Positions 51,058 to 61,384 are shown, counted from the first letter of the stretch. The stretch is DNA of 64,000 nucleotides from Dehalococcoidia bacterium (GCA_965197645.1 OZ240219.1:2016001-2080000); one strand, 5' to 3'. Program-made: numbers and translations. Notes: generated by a model not told the origin, from the letters alone.

Positions 51058-51776
51058 CCGGCAACGAAGGTGAGCGATGATTGGACTTAACATTTTCCGT
51101 GTTGGGGGAAGCTAGGCTAGGAGTCGATCGTGACAGCAGAAGTAAGGGAGCAAACGGCACAGATTAGAAACGTGAACGTACGTTGGGCGCATGTTGTTGT
51201 TGAAGGACATACCCTGGTGCAGGTTCAGCGCTTTGTTCAACTTCCGTGAGCTCGTCGAATACCGTGTCAGTCAGCACTAGAGTGCGCTCCTGACTCGACC
51301 CAGCCACCAGATGCCTCAGCTTGCAGATCTAGGCCGCGCCGGTCATCTTTGGTATCGGGGAGTCCAGGACGATTGTCACTTGGACATGAAACGCGTCGCT
51401 CGGACCTCACTGTCTACGTGCCTGTTGTGGAGTAACTCAAAGCCTTGCGCAATGAGCCGTTAGGCGTAGTCATCATTCGACTACGAGCCAAGCAGATATA
51501 TGGGGCTCTAATGCCTTGCAGCTAACTCACCCGAATCCTAATTTGGGCACCGGTACCTGACCTTAAATGGGCACGACATACTGAAAAGTTCGCACTTGGG
51601 TACAGGGTGGGATACCCAAGTGAGCTGGAACGTCCAAACGGAATCCTACCCATCTGTGTCCGTCAACCAGATGCGTCCAGTAAGCCGGGGCGAGTTACTC
51701 CAGTTACATTCTTGGGCGAAGGCCTGATGTCCTGCCTTGTCAGGTAACTGATTGGTACGTTTACTTTCGGCGTATT

Positions 51777-51854
51777 TTTGTGGTAAGCATTGTGGGAATG
51801 CATGCCAAATTGTAGCTGTTTCACACCTAAGTTCGAATCCCACCCTCTCCGCCA
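51777..51854 (+). other. tRNA-Ser 3'-end fragment (attR-like island boundary) with tandem TTGTGG(T/G)AA arm-like repeats
   Basis: GTTCGAATCCCACCCTCTCCGCCA at 51831-51854 gives a T-loop, acceptor 3' strand, G discriminator and CCA. The 5' half of the tRNA is absent. Confidence 0.8.
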
Positions 51855-51970
51855 TCAACCCTGCCAACTCTACCTTCTGTCGTTTCTTCCTGCTCTCATT
51901 TCATAGCTAATTCACACTCTTTGGTTCCTATTCGTCCCGTATACATCTCCTCTTATTCCGCCTCACATGT

Positions 51971-52113
51971 GAGCCTGTCTCAGAACCCTGCTTTGAGAGA
52001 GTCCAGAGGGAAACTTCCCTCTGGCAGGGGGCCTGGAGGATGTTCCCCCAGCTACAAAACCTTCCGAGGGCGGGTGGTTGGGACTAAGACGTACGTACTT
52101 TTGAGACAAGCTC
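51971..52113. mobile_element. 143-bp MITE copy 3 (inverted orientation)
   Basis: GAGCCTGTCTCAGAA...TTTTGAGACAAGCTC, 4-bp target duplication ATGT. Confidence 0.9.
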
Positions 52114-52500
52114 ATGTAGGAACGTTTCGTTACTGAGGAGAACTTGCGACGCTATCGGCGACGCGGGTCTAGGCCTCAAAGAAACCGGGGAGATAATCCG
52201 ACGGCGGAGGCTTGCATCTATATGCGGCTGGGCACTCATTTTTGAGTCCACAGAGACGTTCTCAGTTCAATCGTTAGGTAGTACGGGGACTAGGGCCCAA
52301 CCCCGGTATGTCCTTTCGGAGCCGAACTAGGAGTTTGTGGCCCGACGCACCACTGCCAGTTTCGCCCTATCTCGGATGTGCGGTTCCTACCAAGGCCACC
52401 GGCTTTCCCGTCCAGCGAAGTAGAAAAGAAGGCAGGATTTGTGCAAAACAGTACAATGGAAGACGAATAGCGCGCTAAGAGACGGTTCCCATGCGCGCAT

Positions 52501-54237
52501 ATGGGACAAGTTTTGGCTGCTGAAATCGTCAACGAGCACGTCCGCTACGAACCGGAAGAGAGCCCACCGCCGCTCATAGCTCTGGGAGCAGGCGCACAGG
52601 CGGCGTTGCTCATCGTGGCCCCGGTGGTACTAACCGTGGTCGTAGTGGTCCGCATAGCGGACGCACCCGAGAGCTACTTGGCGTGGGCCATATTCGCCGC
52701 GATGGTCGTCTGTGGCCTGACCACAGTGCTCCAGGCGGCGCGATGGGGTCGCTTCGGCTCTGGGCACGTGCTGATCATGGGCACGTCTGGGGCTTTCATC
52801 GCTGTTTGTGTGGCCGCCTTGGAGTTGGCCGGTCCAGCGACACTGGCCAGCCTTGTGGTCATTTCGTCTCTGTTCCAGTTCATGCTGGCGGCCAGACTAT
52901 CCCTGCTCCGACGCATCTTCACGCCGACTGTAACGGGAACCGTGATAATGCTCATTACCGCCACGGTAGCGCCGGTAGTCTACGATACGGTGGGCAACGT
53001 GCCGGAGGGTACAGACCCCATCGCGGTTCCATTGGTCGCCGTAATCACCCTGGCCGTCGTGGTGGCCATGGTGCTCCGTGCGCCTCCTTCGTTGCGACTG
53101 TGGTCTCCCATCGCCGGCATCGCCGCCGGGTGTGCCGTTGGAGCTCCCTTCGGCGTGTACGACGTCGCGGCTGTCACTGATGCAGCCTGGTTTGGCGTGC
53201 CGTTTCAAGATTGGCCCGGTCTTGACCTAACGCCCGGCACCGACTTCTGGGCGCTGCTGCCTGCCTTTGTAGTCGTTACGCTCGTGGGGGCCATCGAGAC
53301 CATCGGCGACGGTGTGGCCATCCAGCGCATCTCGCGTCGCCGCCCGCGCGCTACCGATTTCCGGGTTGTCCAGGGAGCCCTCAACGCAGACGGTATAGGC
53401 AATCTCCTCTCCGGCTTGGGTGCCACCCTGCCGAACACCACTTACTCCACCAGCATCTCCCTTGCCGAGGTCACCGGTATTGGCGCACGGCGAGTGGGCG
53501 TCATCATCTTTGCGCTGGCCTTCTTCCCCAAGTTCGCTGCACTACTCATCGCCATTCCCGCGCCGGTAGCTGCCGCCTACCTTCTCGTCCTAATTACGCT
53601 GCTGTTCGTGCAGGGTATGAAGATCGTCGTCCAAGATGGGGTTGACCACCGCAAGGCCGCAGTGACGGGGCTGTCCTTCTGGATCGGCGTGGGATTCCAG
53701 AACGGGTGGCTGTTTTCAGACCAACTGGGCGGATTCCTTGGTGTTCTGCTGGGCAACGGTATGACCTCCGGGGCGATCGTAGCCGTCATTATGATGGTGT
53801 TCTTAGAGCTGACCGGCCCCAGGCGTAAGCGGTTGCGCATCAACATGGATGAGGAAACGCTTACCAAACTCGGTGACTTTCTCAGGGGGTTTGCGAAAGA
53901 CGCCGGGTGGACCGACGCCTCAGTCGACCGGCTGGTGCTGGTGGGCGAAGAGACTCTGCACAGTATGACAGACGACGATGACGACCCAGAGCTGGCAAGT
54001 GGCCGACGTCTGGTGGTCACCGCCCGCTCCGTCGGTGGCAACGCCGAGTTGGAGTTTGTCTCCGCAACGGAAGAGGACAACCTGGAGGACAGACTCGCCT
54101 ACATGGGCGAGAACCCGGAGGTTCCCGACGACCGCGATATCTCGTTCCGGCTGCTGCGCCACCTCTCCTCGTCCGTCAAGCACCAAAAGTACCATGGCGT
54201 AGACATCGTTACGGTGAGCGTAGCCGGCCGGCCTTAG
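52501..54237 (+). CDS. NCS2 (xanthine/uracil) permease fused to a degenerate RsbW-like HATPase domain
   Basis: FTPTVTGTV, IETIGD, LNADGIGN..NTTYS, FFPKF. The C-terminal ~135 aa are soluble (LGDFLRGFA..RLVLVGEE..SFRLLRHLSSSV). Confidence 0.8.
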   Translation: MGQVLAAEIVNEHVRYEPEESPPPLIALGAGAQAALLIVAPVVLTVVVVVRIADAPESYLAWAIFAAMVVCGLTTVLQAARWGRFGSGHVLIMGTSGAFIAVCVAALELAGPATLASLVVISSLFQFMLAARLSLLRRIFTPTVTGTVIMLITATVAPVVYDTVGNVPEGTDPIAVPLVAVITLAVVVAMVLRAPPSLRLWSPIAGIAAGCAVGAPFGVYDVAAVTDAAWFGVPFQDWPGLDLTPGTDFWALLPAFVVVTLVGAIETIGDGVAIQRISRRRPRATDFRVVQGALNADGIGNLLSGLGATLPNTTYSTSISLAEVTGIGARRVGVIIFALAFFPKFAALLIAIPAPVAAAYLLVLITLLFVQGMKIVVQDGVDHRKAAVTGLSFWIGVGFQNGWLFSDQLGGFLGVLLGNGMTSGAIVAVIMMVFLELTGPRRKRLRINMDEETLTKLGDFLRGFAKDAGWTDASVDRLVLVGEETLHSMTDDDDDPELASGRRLVVTARSVGGNAELEFVSATEEDNLEDRLAYMGENPEVPDDRDISFRLLRHLSSSVKHQKYHGVDIVTVSVAGRP

Positions 54238-54606
54238 CCCCCGCTACCGTACTACGTCGTGTAGAACGCGTTGTAGCGCGTCAAGATGCGACGCGGTCTA
54301 GCGTGGGAAGGGGAGTACACCATGGACCGGCTTCCCGGCGTACGCTTCGTTCTTGGCGTCTGGCCAGGACCACCGCGAGCTTGAACCGCAGGCCTTCAAC
54401 ACCAATCGCTCCGAGGGTCTGAGCCGTTTCGATGAGTCGCTGGATGTCACGAAGCTACCGTGGAGGGTGAGGAAGTTGACTTTGATAGGCGATTTGGAAT
54501 GTCCGCGGAGCCGGCATCGTCATCACACCGGCACAACAGCTCCTTCCGATGACCTGGTTGGCCCCCATGGCCTCGTAGCGTGGGCCCCTTCGCCCGCTAG
54601 TCCAAA

Positions 54607-55353
54607 TCAACTCAAGTCCCTGAGAGGGGCCACGCTGAATATAACCGAGAAGGGCTTGCAGTAGATCACAACGCTCATCTGCGCGGTGACGTCCACTCCG
54701 TCGGGCACCTCGTAGTTCTGATTGCCGATGTTACCCTTCAGCCTTCCGAGGTCGTGGTAGCCGCCGTCCTTCACTTCGCTCCGAGTCGTCGGATCGTTGT
54801 GCGCCGATAGCAGAACGTGAAGCTGCGGCCCGTTGGTGACCTCGAAGTCCTCCAGCCGGATAACATGGGAGCCGTCCGGGCCACGATAGACTGCTGCCGT
54901 GCCGCTGCCCTTGTGGAAGCTGTCCTGGTCCCGGAAATTACCCTCCTTCAGCTTTATGGCCTCCCCGCTGCCTTCCTCCATCATCTCGGGCATGACCTCC
55001 GCTACCGGTTCGTTGTCCATCTTAGACATGGCAGCCATTGTCATCTCGATGTCCTCCCGCTCCATGTCGGCGGGCACGACTGCCGAGTATGCGAAGGGGA
55101 ACTCCTCTTCGACAGTCTTGCTGAGGAACAGTGGGGATCCAAGGTCCCAGGCTATGAATCCGGCCACGACCAGCAGTGGCGTGCCGACGATGATAAAGGG
55201 CCGCTTGTGCTTCCAGACCACCATATGCCACCGGCGCCGGCGGACGTAGAACCCTATCGCTGCGAGTACCGCCACGACACCAGCTAGGATCGGCCACCGG
55301 TACGGGTAGAGGTCGGCGGCGAGCCGTTCAAGATCCCCGAAGAACTCAGCCAT
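54607..55353 (-). CDS. Membrane-anchored DM13 domain protein
   Basis: HKGSG, LEDFEVTNGPQLHVLL, LGRLKGNIGNQNY, VVIYCKPFSVIF. Confidence 0.9.
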   Translation of the reverse strand: MAEFFGDLERLAADLYPYRWPILAGVVAVLAAIGFYVRRRRWHMVVWKHKRPFIIVGTPLLVVAGFIAWDLGSPLFLSKTVEEEFPFAYSAVVPADMEREDIEMTMAAMSKMDNEPVAEVMPEMMEEGSGEAIKLKEGNFRDQDSFHKGSGTAAVYRGPDGSHVIRLEDFEVTNGPQLHVLLSAHNDPTTRSEVKDGGYHDLGRLKGNIGNQNYEVPDGVDVTAQMSVVIYCKPFSVIFSVAPLRDLS

Positions 55354-55704
55354 ATTACGCTCCCTCAGCTTGATTGATGGGCTCGGAAACGATGCATCGC
55401 TAGTTTACCCTACAGCGAAGCCCATGTAATAGACCATACGCAGGGCTGGAGCTGGATTGGTGGGATGTGATCTCGTTCAGAAAGATGGGTGACACAGCAA
55501 GACGGACCTGATTACGGCCCCCCAAAGTGCGCCTACCACCCGGACTCTCCGACCAAACTCGAATCGGGCCTGTGGAGAAGAGTACGTTCGTAGTCAGCAA
55601 CGGGGAGACCAGCCGGTGGACGCCGACGCCGATACGACCATGGCCTCGTTAAACACCATGCCACCGGCAACCGGCTTCTGGAAAGACTCTGGCCGTTCGA
55701 ACGG

Positions 55705-56925
55705 TCAAGGTTGTGCGGACGGGGTTGGTTGATCCTCGGGTGGGGTTGGGGCGTACCCCACCATTTCCACGAAACCTCGGCCCGCTACAGGCGCTCCGTC
55801 CCTGGTTCCCACCGCCGAGACAGACCCCTCCCAGTAGACCACAGGGATAAAAGCGCTCAGGGCGAATTCCGCCTCCTCCATCGTGGGAGTCAGCGTCAGG
55901 TCCAGCTCCAGTGAGTCGACTCGCAGTTTCCAGCTCATGGGGTAGACCGCCCCTGTGACAGGGCTGGTCCAAGTTCCGGTGGAGTCCAGGGAGATGTCAT
56001 CGCCGGGCAGATGCAGCGGCACGGAGTCGGCCGGGACGTAGGTACCGTAGGCGGCGATGGGCTTGTGCCCGTCCTGTTCCCACACCATCGAGACCGTGAG
56101 GTCGGAGCCATCGTCCAAGTTGAGGCTTAACCAGTCCCAACCAATGTCGCTAATCGTGAATTCGCCCCACTGATGGTCCATCCAGGAAACTCCTGAGACA
56201 GAGTGGGAGACGCCGGAAACAGAGACGGTGCCGGAGGTCTCCAGCCGAGTACGGGAGTAGTAGAAGGTCTTACCTGCTATACCCAAGTCCACTAGCCCGG
56301 TGCCGTAGTGGAGCACGGCGGGTTTTAGCGAATCCGCTTCCAGCTCTACCGTGTAGTCCCCAGCCGCGAAGCTGAGATGGTACACCTCGCCGTTGCCACT
56401 CATCCGCCAGTCCTCCGTGGACAAATCGAACTCACCCGACGACTGCTCTGCCAGGGGAAATACAGCCTTCTCCTCGGTCAGGTGCAGCCCTTTGGCGTGA
56501 TCGGCCCAACTTAGCTGCGCCAATCGCGATGTCAAGTTGAAGGGCAGCAGGGATTGAAAAGTGACGAAGTGATAGCTGAACTCCTGATCGTTCTCCGTCG
56601 TCAGGTGGCCGTTGAAGTACCACCACTCCAGGTCGGACAGATGGGGCCCCTCGTCGTGGGGCAACCGGACCGTACCTTCCGGTGCAGCGGTCACGGTGGC
56701 CGGGAGGGCCGTGGCCGTGGGTACCGGATCTGGAGACGACTGAGGAGCGGGAGATGGCTCTGGAGATGGAGACTGGGCGGGAGTGGTGATCGGTGAAGCA
56801 GCTGCCTGAGGGGTTGATCTCGGAGCGTCATCGGCTGCGCCGGAACATGCCAACGCAACAATGATTGGCAACATCAGCCCGAAGCGAGGTGAAAGCATTC
56901 GTACCAGGTAGGATATAAGCATCAC
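55705..56925 (-). CDS. CrtC/AttH-like lipocalin-fold lipoprotein
   Basis: LACSG lipobox; LPHDEGPH..EWWYFNG, WMDHQWG, GWDW, YWEG, GFVEMVGY. Confidence 0.85.
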   Translation of the reverse strand: MMLISYLVRMLSPRFGLMLPIIVALACSGAADDAPRSTPQAAASPITTPAQSPSPEPSPAPQSSPDPVPTATALPATVTAAPEGTVRLPHDEGPHLSDLEWWYFNGHLTTENDQEFSYHFVTFQSLLPFNLTSRLAQLSWADHAKGLHLTEEKAVFPLAEQSSGEFDLSTEDWRMSGNGEVYHLSFAAGDYTVELEADSLKPAVLHYGTGLVDLGIAGKTFYYSRTRLETSGTVSVSGVSHSVSGVSWMDHQWGEFTISDIGWDWLSLNLDDGSDLTVSMVWEQDGHKPIAAYGTYVPADSVPLHLPGDDISLDSTGTWTSPVTGAVYPMSWKLRVDSLELDLTLTPTMEEAEFALSAFIPVVYWEGSVSAVGTRDGAPVAGRGFVEMVGYAPTPPEDQPTPSAQP

Positions 56926-57163
56926 CTATTCAAGGTGCTCCGAGTTCAAGCCCCTAACCTGGAACGTCTCATGCACGGACCGTCACTGCGGGGTGTCCGG
57001 TCGTGCCGCCGGCCGAAGGAGCGAACGACCCAAGGTCGAGAACAGCGAGAGGGGACCCTGTGCCTTCCCAGAGAATTCCGTCGGGTTCGGCAGGACCTTC
57101 TCGCCGGAGTCCGAGCTGATGGCGACGGAGCCAGGGAGTAGTTCGGCGCCCCTATCGGAATGG

Positions 57164-58558
57164 CTAGTCTTCGTCGTCCATCTCCGGCATCAACACGAAC
57201 TCGGGGTAAGACTCCATGCCCAACTCGCCGACATCCTGTCCCAGCCGTTCCACCTGTGGAGATACCCGCGCTCCCATGAGCCTGTTGAGCGCGTGCCACA
57301 GGACGAAGGACACCGAGAACACGAAGGCGCCTATTGCCAGTATGCCAATCAGTTGTAAGTGGAAGGTCGCGCCCCCGGCGATGCAGGCGGCTATGGTGCC
57401 CCATATGCCGGCGAACAGATGGGCCGGCACAGCGCCTACCACATCGTCCACTTTGACCTTCTCCATGAGCTTGATGCCGGCTACGCAAATGACGCCGCCT
57501 ACGGCCCCTATGATCACCGCCCAGTAGTGGTCAGTCATGGTGGGGGCTGCGGTGATGGAGACCAGACCGGCGATGGCGCCGTTTAGCCCGGCGTACAGGT
57601 CGATGCGTCCCAGCAGATGCCGGGAGGCGATGATGGCAGCCATCACTCCGGCCGCGGCGGCCAGGTTGGTATTGACCAGTACGATGCTCATGGCTATAGC
57701 GTCGAAGGCGCTGCCCAATGCTAGTTGAGAGCCGCCATTGAATCCAAACCATCCCAGCCAAAGGATGAACACGCCCAGGGTCACGACCAGGATGTTGGAT
57801 GGCGGCGTAGGACGAACCGAACCATCGCGCTTGAACTTGCCTAGCCTCGGCCCTACTACCAGAGCTCCGGCGAGTGCAGCCCAACCACCGGTGCTGTGTA
57901 CGATGGTCGACCCGGCGAAATCTACGAAACCCAGGTCATAGAGCCAGCCGGTTCCCCATGTCCAAGCCCCTACGATGGGGTAGATGATGGCGGTTAGTAG
58001 CAGGGTGAACAGGAAGAAGGGCCATATCTTTACCCTCTCCGCCAAAGTACCGGATACGATGGAAGCAGCAGTCGCAACGAACACCATCTGGAAGAACCAG
58101 TCCGACATGGTAGAGTAACCGGGCTCCAACACCTCCGCCAGCATACCTTCTGCCCCGTCGATCAACGCTACCTCCATCGCCGACGACGTATAGAGGCCCT
58201 TGAATGTACCGATAACGCCGGCGTAATCGCCGACATCCACGTACATCAGGTTGTAGCCAACGAAGTAGAAAGCCAACCCAGCGATAGAGTAGATGCCGAT
58301 GTTCTTCAAGCAGATCATAGCGGCGTTCTTCGTTCGGACGGAGCCCGACTCCAGCATGGTGAATCCCGCGCACATCCACATCACCAATACGCCCCATATC
58401 ATGAAGGCGAAGGTGTTGAAAATGAATGCGGTCTCGTCCCCTACCCCGGCGGCGTGAGCTATGCCGGGCTTCAAGAGAAAGAAGATGAGAAACAGGATGC
58501 CGGCTGCGGCCATTACGGCCGCGAGACGATGGTATGACAGAAATCGTATTAGCGTCAT
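57164..58558 (-). CDS. amtB: Ammonium transporter
   Basis: FFQMVF, SGTLAER, DFAGSTIVH, GWFGFNGGS, DDVVGAVPAH (twin His). Start moved to ATG 58558 after an AGGGGTG RBS. Confidence 0.95.
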   Translation of the reverse strand: MTLIRFLSYHRLAAVMAAAGILFLIFFLLKPGIAHAAGVGDETAFIFNTFAFMIWGVLVMWMCAGFTMLESGSVRTKNAAMICLKNIGIYSIAGLAFYFVGYNLMYVDVGDYAGVIGTFKGLYTSSAMEVALIDGAEGMLAEVLEPGYSTMSDWFFQMVFVATAASIVSGTLAERVKIWPFFLFTLLLTAIIYPIVGAWTWGTGWLYDLGFVDFAGSTIVHSTGGWAALAGALVVGPRLGKFKRDGSVRPTPPSNILVVTLGVFILWLGWFGFNGGSQLALGSAFDAIAMSIVLVNTNLAAAAGVMAAIIASRHLLGRIDLYAGLNGAIAGLVSITAAPTMTDHYWAVIIGAVGGVICVAGIKLMEKVKVDDVVGAVPAHLFAGIWGTIAACIAGGATFHLQLIGILAIGAFVFSVSFVLWHALNRLMGARVSPQVERLGQDVGELGMESYPEFVLMPEMDDED

Positions 58559-58687
58559 AAAATGTACACCCCTACGAGGTGGCGTTGCCTGACACCTCAA
58601 CACAATGCCGCCGATTCCATACTCCCGATGCCGTCGTGCCCTCCGCGGCCAACCCGAACGCATCGGCTGCCTATGTATTCAATCGCT

Positions 58688-58716
58688 AATTTAGTCACAA
58701 TCAGGCCTCTTGTCAA
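58688..58716 (-). promoter_or_regulatory. sigma70 promoter of amtB
   Basis: TTGACA (58711-58716), 17-bp spacer, TAAATT (58688-58693). Confidence 0.7.
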
Positions 58717-58840
58717 CGGGAATTGGTAGAGAAACCGGGTTAGTCCCGGGCGCCGATGTGTAGATGCACACCCCATAGTTCATCAACCTGCTGACGCTGA
58801 CTGTGCCGAACATCGCAGAGCACGTGGCTCCGTCATAAGC

Positions 58841-58876
58841 AGAGGGGGCGTCCCGATGCATCGGGACGCCCCCTCT
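58841..58876. terminator. 36-bp perfect palindrome, likely terminator after the ThDP enzyme gene
   Basis: AGAGGGGGCGTCCCGA-TGCA-TCGGGACGCCCCCTCT, 30 bp after the stop codon. U-tract is weak on the minus strand. Confidence 0.65.
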
Positions 58877-58906
58877 TTAACGGCTAGTCTATTTCGTAGG
58901 CTCGGC

Positions 58907-60556
58907 TTAGTGTTCGTAGGGCTGGAAGTTCTGGGTCGTCGAGGCCGCCCACCGGTCGGTGACCACGTTGACGATGGCCGGCTTGCCGGAGGCGTAAGCC
59001 CTCTCGAGAGCGGGCTTGATGTCCTCGGGCTTGTCCACGTACTCGCCGTGAGCCCCCAGGGACTCGCCTAGCTTGTCGTAACGCTGCTCGAAGCCCAGCT
59101 CCACTCCCGTCTTCAGGTCGTCCTCCGACCGCCCGGCAGCCCAGCCTCCGTTCTGATTGACCACGCAGACGACGGGTATGTTGTGGCGCACTGCCGTATC
59201 GATGTTGATGGCGTTGATCCCGAAGGAGCCGTCGCCGTGAATGACGAGGGTCTTCTTGTCCGGCTTGGCAGCGGCGGCCGCTATTCCGAAGGGAAGACCG
59301 ACACCCATGCAACCCGATGCGCCGGAGTTTAGCCTGTGGCCCGGCATGTAGGTGGGGAGACTCTGCCGGCCGAAGTTAAGGGTCTCGTGGCCGTCAACCA
59401 CCAGGACAGCGTCCCTGGGAAGGAAGTCTCGTATCTCCTTCATCATTCGCAACGCGTGCATAGGGCTCTGGTCGGAGTTGAGGAGAGGCTCGCTCCTCTC
59501 GGCGTTGGTCGCCTCTTTGGCGGCCAGCTTCTCTACCCACGGGGTACCGCTCTTGTTGGGGAAGTTCTGCTCCTTCGCCTCTTGCGTAAGCTGCTGGAGC
59601 ACCATCTTGGCGTCCCCGACGATACCGACGTCGGCCGCCCGGTTGTGTCCTATCTCCTCGCGATCGGTGTTGATCTGGATCGTCTTGAGGTCGGCGGCGA
59701 ACCTGGGCGCCTGCATGTACTGCCATATCCAGTTGATCCTGGTGCCGATGACCAGCGCAACGTCGGCCTCTCGGAAAGCCGTCGATCGGGCAGCCGGGAA
59801 CGACAGACCGTGGTCTTCGGGCACTACGCCCCTACCCTGGGGAGTCGTGTAGAAGGGTATGCCGGCGGCGTCGACAAACTCCTCCAGCTCCTTCCACGCC
59901 TTGGACCAGAACACTCCTGTCCCGGAGAGCACCAGGGGCCTCTCCGCCTTGGACAGCAGATCTATGGCCGCTTTTACGTCGTCGGGATTGCCCATTGGCC
60001 GGGACTCGGTCCTGGATTGCTCCGGATAGAAGATATCGCCCTCGTCTGCCAGCTCATGGAGGACGTCTCCAGGCAGGTCCAAATATACGGGGCCAGGCCT
60101 GTTGCCCCAGCACTTGCGGAAGGCGACGCTTACAAGTTCGGGAATTCTCCTTGCCTCGTTGACCTGGGCCGCCCACTTGGTGATGGGTCTCATCACGCTG
60201 ACCTGGTCTACTTCCTGGAAGTCCTCCCAGCCGGTTAGCCGAGAATTGCTGGACCCACCGATGGAGACCACGGGGCAGGCGTCGGTAAAGGCCGTCACTA
60301 TACCCGTTACCAGGTTTGTAGTGCCCGGTCCGGAACAGGCGGCGCACACGCCGGGTTCGCCGGTGACGCGGCTCCAGCCATGGGCCATCATCGCTGCGCC
60401 CTGCTCGTGCCGGGCGTCTATCAGTCGAATGGCTCCTTCCTTCTCGATTTCGTAGTAGAAGGAGTCCATTGGGCCCCCGGACAGGAAGAAAAGCGTGCTT
60501 ACTCCCTCGTGCTTCAGGGCCTTCGCTAAGATCCGATTGCCTGTGACTTCGGCCAT
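58907..60556 (-). CDS. ThDP-dependent enzyme, oxalyl-CoA decarboxylase / 2-hydroxyacyl-CoA lyase-like
   Basis: RHEQGAAMMA, SGPGTTN, FQEVDQ, RLNSGASGCMGVG, GDGSFG..NQN. Confidence 0.85.
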   Translation of the reverse strand: MAEVTGNRILAKALKHEGVSTLFFLSGGPMDSFYYEIEKEGAIRLIDARHEQGAAMMAHGWSRVTGEPGVCAACSGPGTTNLVTGIVTAFTDACPVVSIGGSSNSRLTGWEDFQEVDQVSVMRPITKWAAQVNEARRIPELVSVAFRKCWGNRPGPVYLDLPGDVLHELADEGDIFYPEQSRTESRPMGNPDDVKAAIDLLSKAERPLVLSGTGVFWSKAWKELEEFVDAAGIPFYTTPQGRGVVPEDHGLSFPAARSTAFREADVALVIGTRINWIWQYMQAPRFAADLKTIQINTDREEIGHNRAADVGIVGDAKMVLQQLTQEAKEQNFPNKSGTPWVEKLAAKEATNAERSEPLLNSDQSPMHALRMMKEIRDFLPRDAVLVVDGHETLNFGRQSLPTYMPGHRLNSGASGCMGVGLPFGIAAAAAKPDKKTLVIHGDGSFGINAINIDTAVRHNIPVVCVVNQNGGWAAGRSEDDLKTGVELGFEQRYDKLGESLGAHGEYVDKPEDIKPALERAYASGKPAIVNVVTDRWAASTTQNFQPYEH

Positions 60557-60721
60557 ACTATCCTCCCCTGTTATCTGGGTTTAAACGCTCGAAAACGTGT
60601 GCTGCGCCCGCGAAGGCAGAAATGTTCAGAATCAGTCGCCGGGAGCCTCTCCGCCACTCCCAGGATGGCACGTCATTATATGGGTTACCGCCGGACTTAG
60701 TCAACGCAGAAGCCGGGAGCT

Positions 60722-61384
60722 CTACAGCTCCATCTCTTTCAGCTCGGGGCTGGCCGTCAAGACGGCCTCGGTAGCGGCCTGTATCTCCTCGAAGGTGAAC
60801 CCCGGAGCGTACTCGGTCAGCTCCAGTCCCTGTGCCGTCAATCGAATCACGGCCATATCGGTCACGATGGTGTCGACACACCTCATGCCCGTCAGGGGCA
60901 GAGTGCACTCCTTCAGGATCTTGGGGTTGCCCTGCCTGTCGACGTGCTCCATGGCCGCGATGACGCGCTTGGCGCCCGTTGCTATGTCCATCGCCCCGCC
61001 TATCGCACCGATGACGCCGCCGGGCCGCATCCAGTTGGCCAGGTCGCCCTGTTCCGACACTTGCATTGCTCCGAGGACGGTAATGTCCACGTATCCGCCG
61101 CGCACCATGGCGAAAGCTTCAACAGAATCCATCAGGCTCATGCCCGGCAATGGCGTAATGAACTGGCCGCCGGCATTGACCAGTAGGATATCCTCCTCGC
61201 CCTCCGGAGCGAAGGAACCGTAACCCAGGGTGCCGTTCTCGGCGTGAAACAGCACTGTCCTGCCCTCGGGGATGTAGTTGGCTGCCAATGTGGGCAGACC
61301 TATGCCCAGGTTCACCACGTCCCCGTCCTGGAACTCCAGAGCCACCCGCAGGGCCAAGGTCTCTCTATCCAACCGTTCAGCCAT
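60722..61384 (-). CDS. Family I CoA-transferase subunit B
   Basis: VNLGIGLP, catalytic Glu in HAENG, GAMQVS..GDLANW, GGAMD. Start moved to ATG 61384. Confidence 0.92.
   Translation of the reverse strand: MAERLDRETLALRVALEFQDGDVVNLGIGLPTLAANYIPEGRTVLFHAENGTLGYGSFAPEGEEDILLVNAGGQFITPLPGMSLMDSVEAFAMVRGGYVDITVLGAMQVSEQGDLANWMRPGGVIGAIGGAMDIATGAKRVIAAMEHVDRQGNPKILKECTLPLTGMRCVDTIVTDMAVIRLTAQGLELTEYAPGFTFEEIQAATEAVLTASPELKEMEL

Noticed and set aside
51831-51854. Possible tRNA-Ser gene
   Set aside because: Only the 3' 24 nt are present, so it is treated as an att-like fragment.
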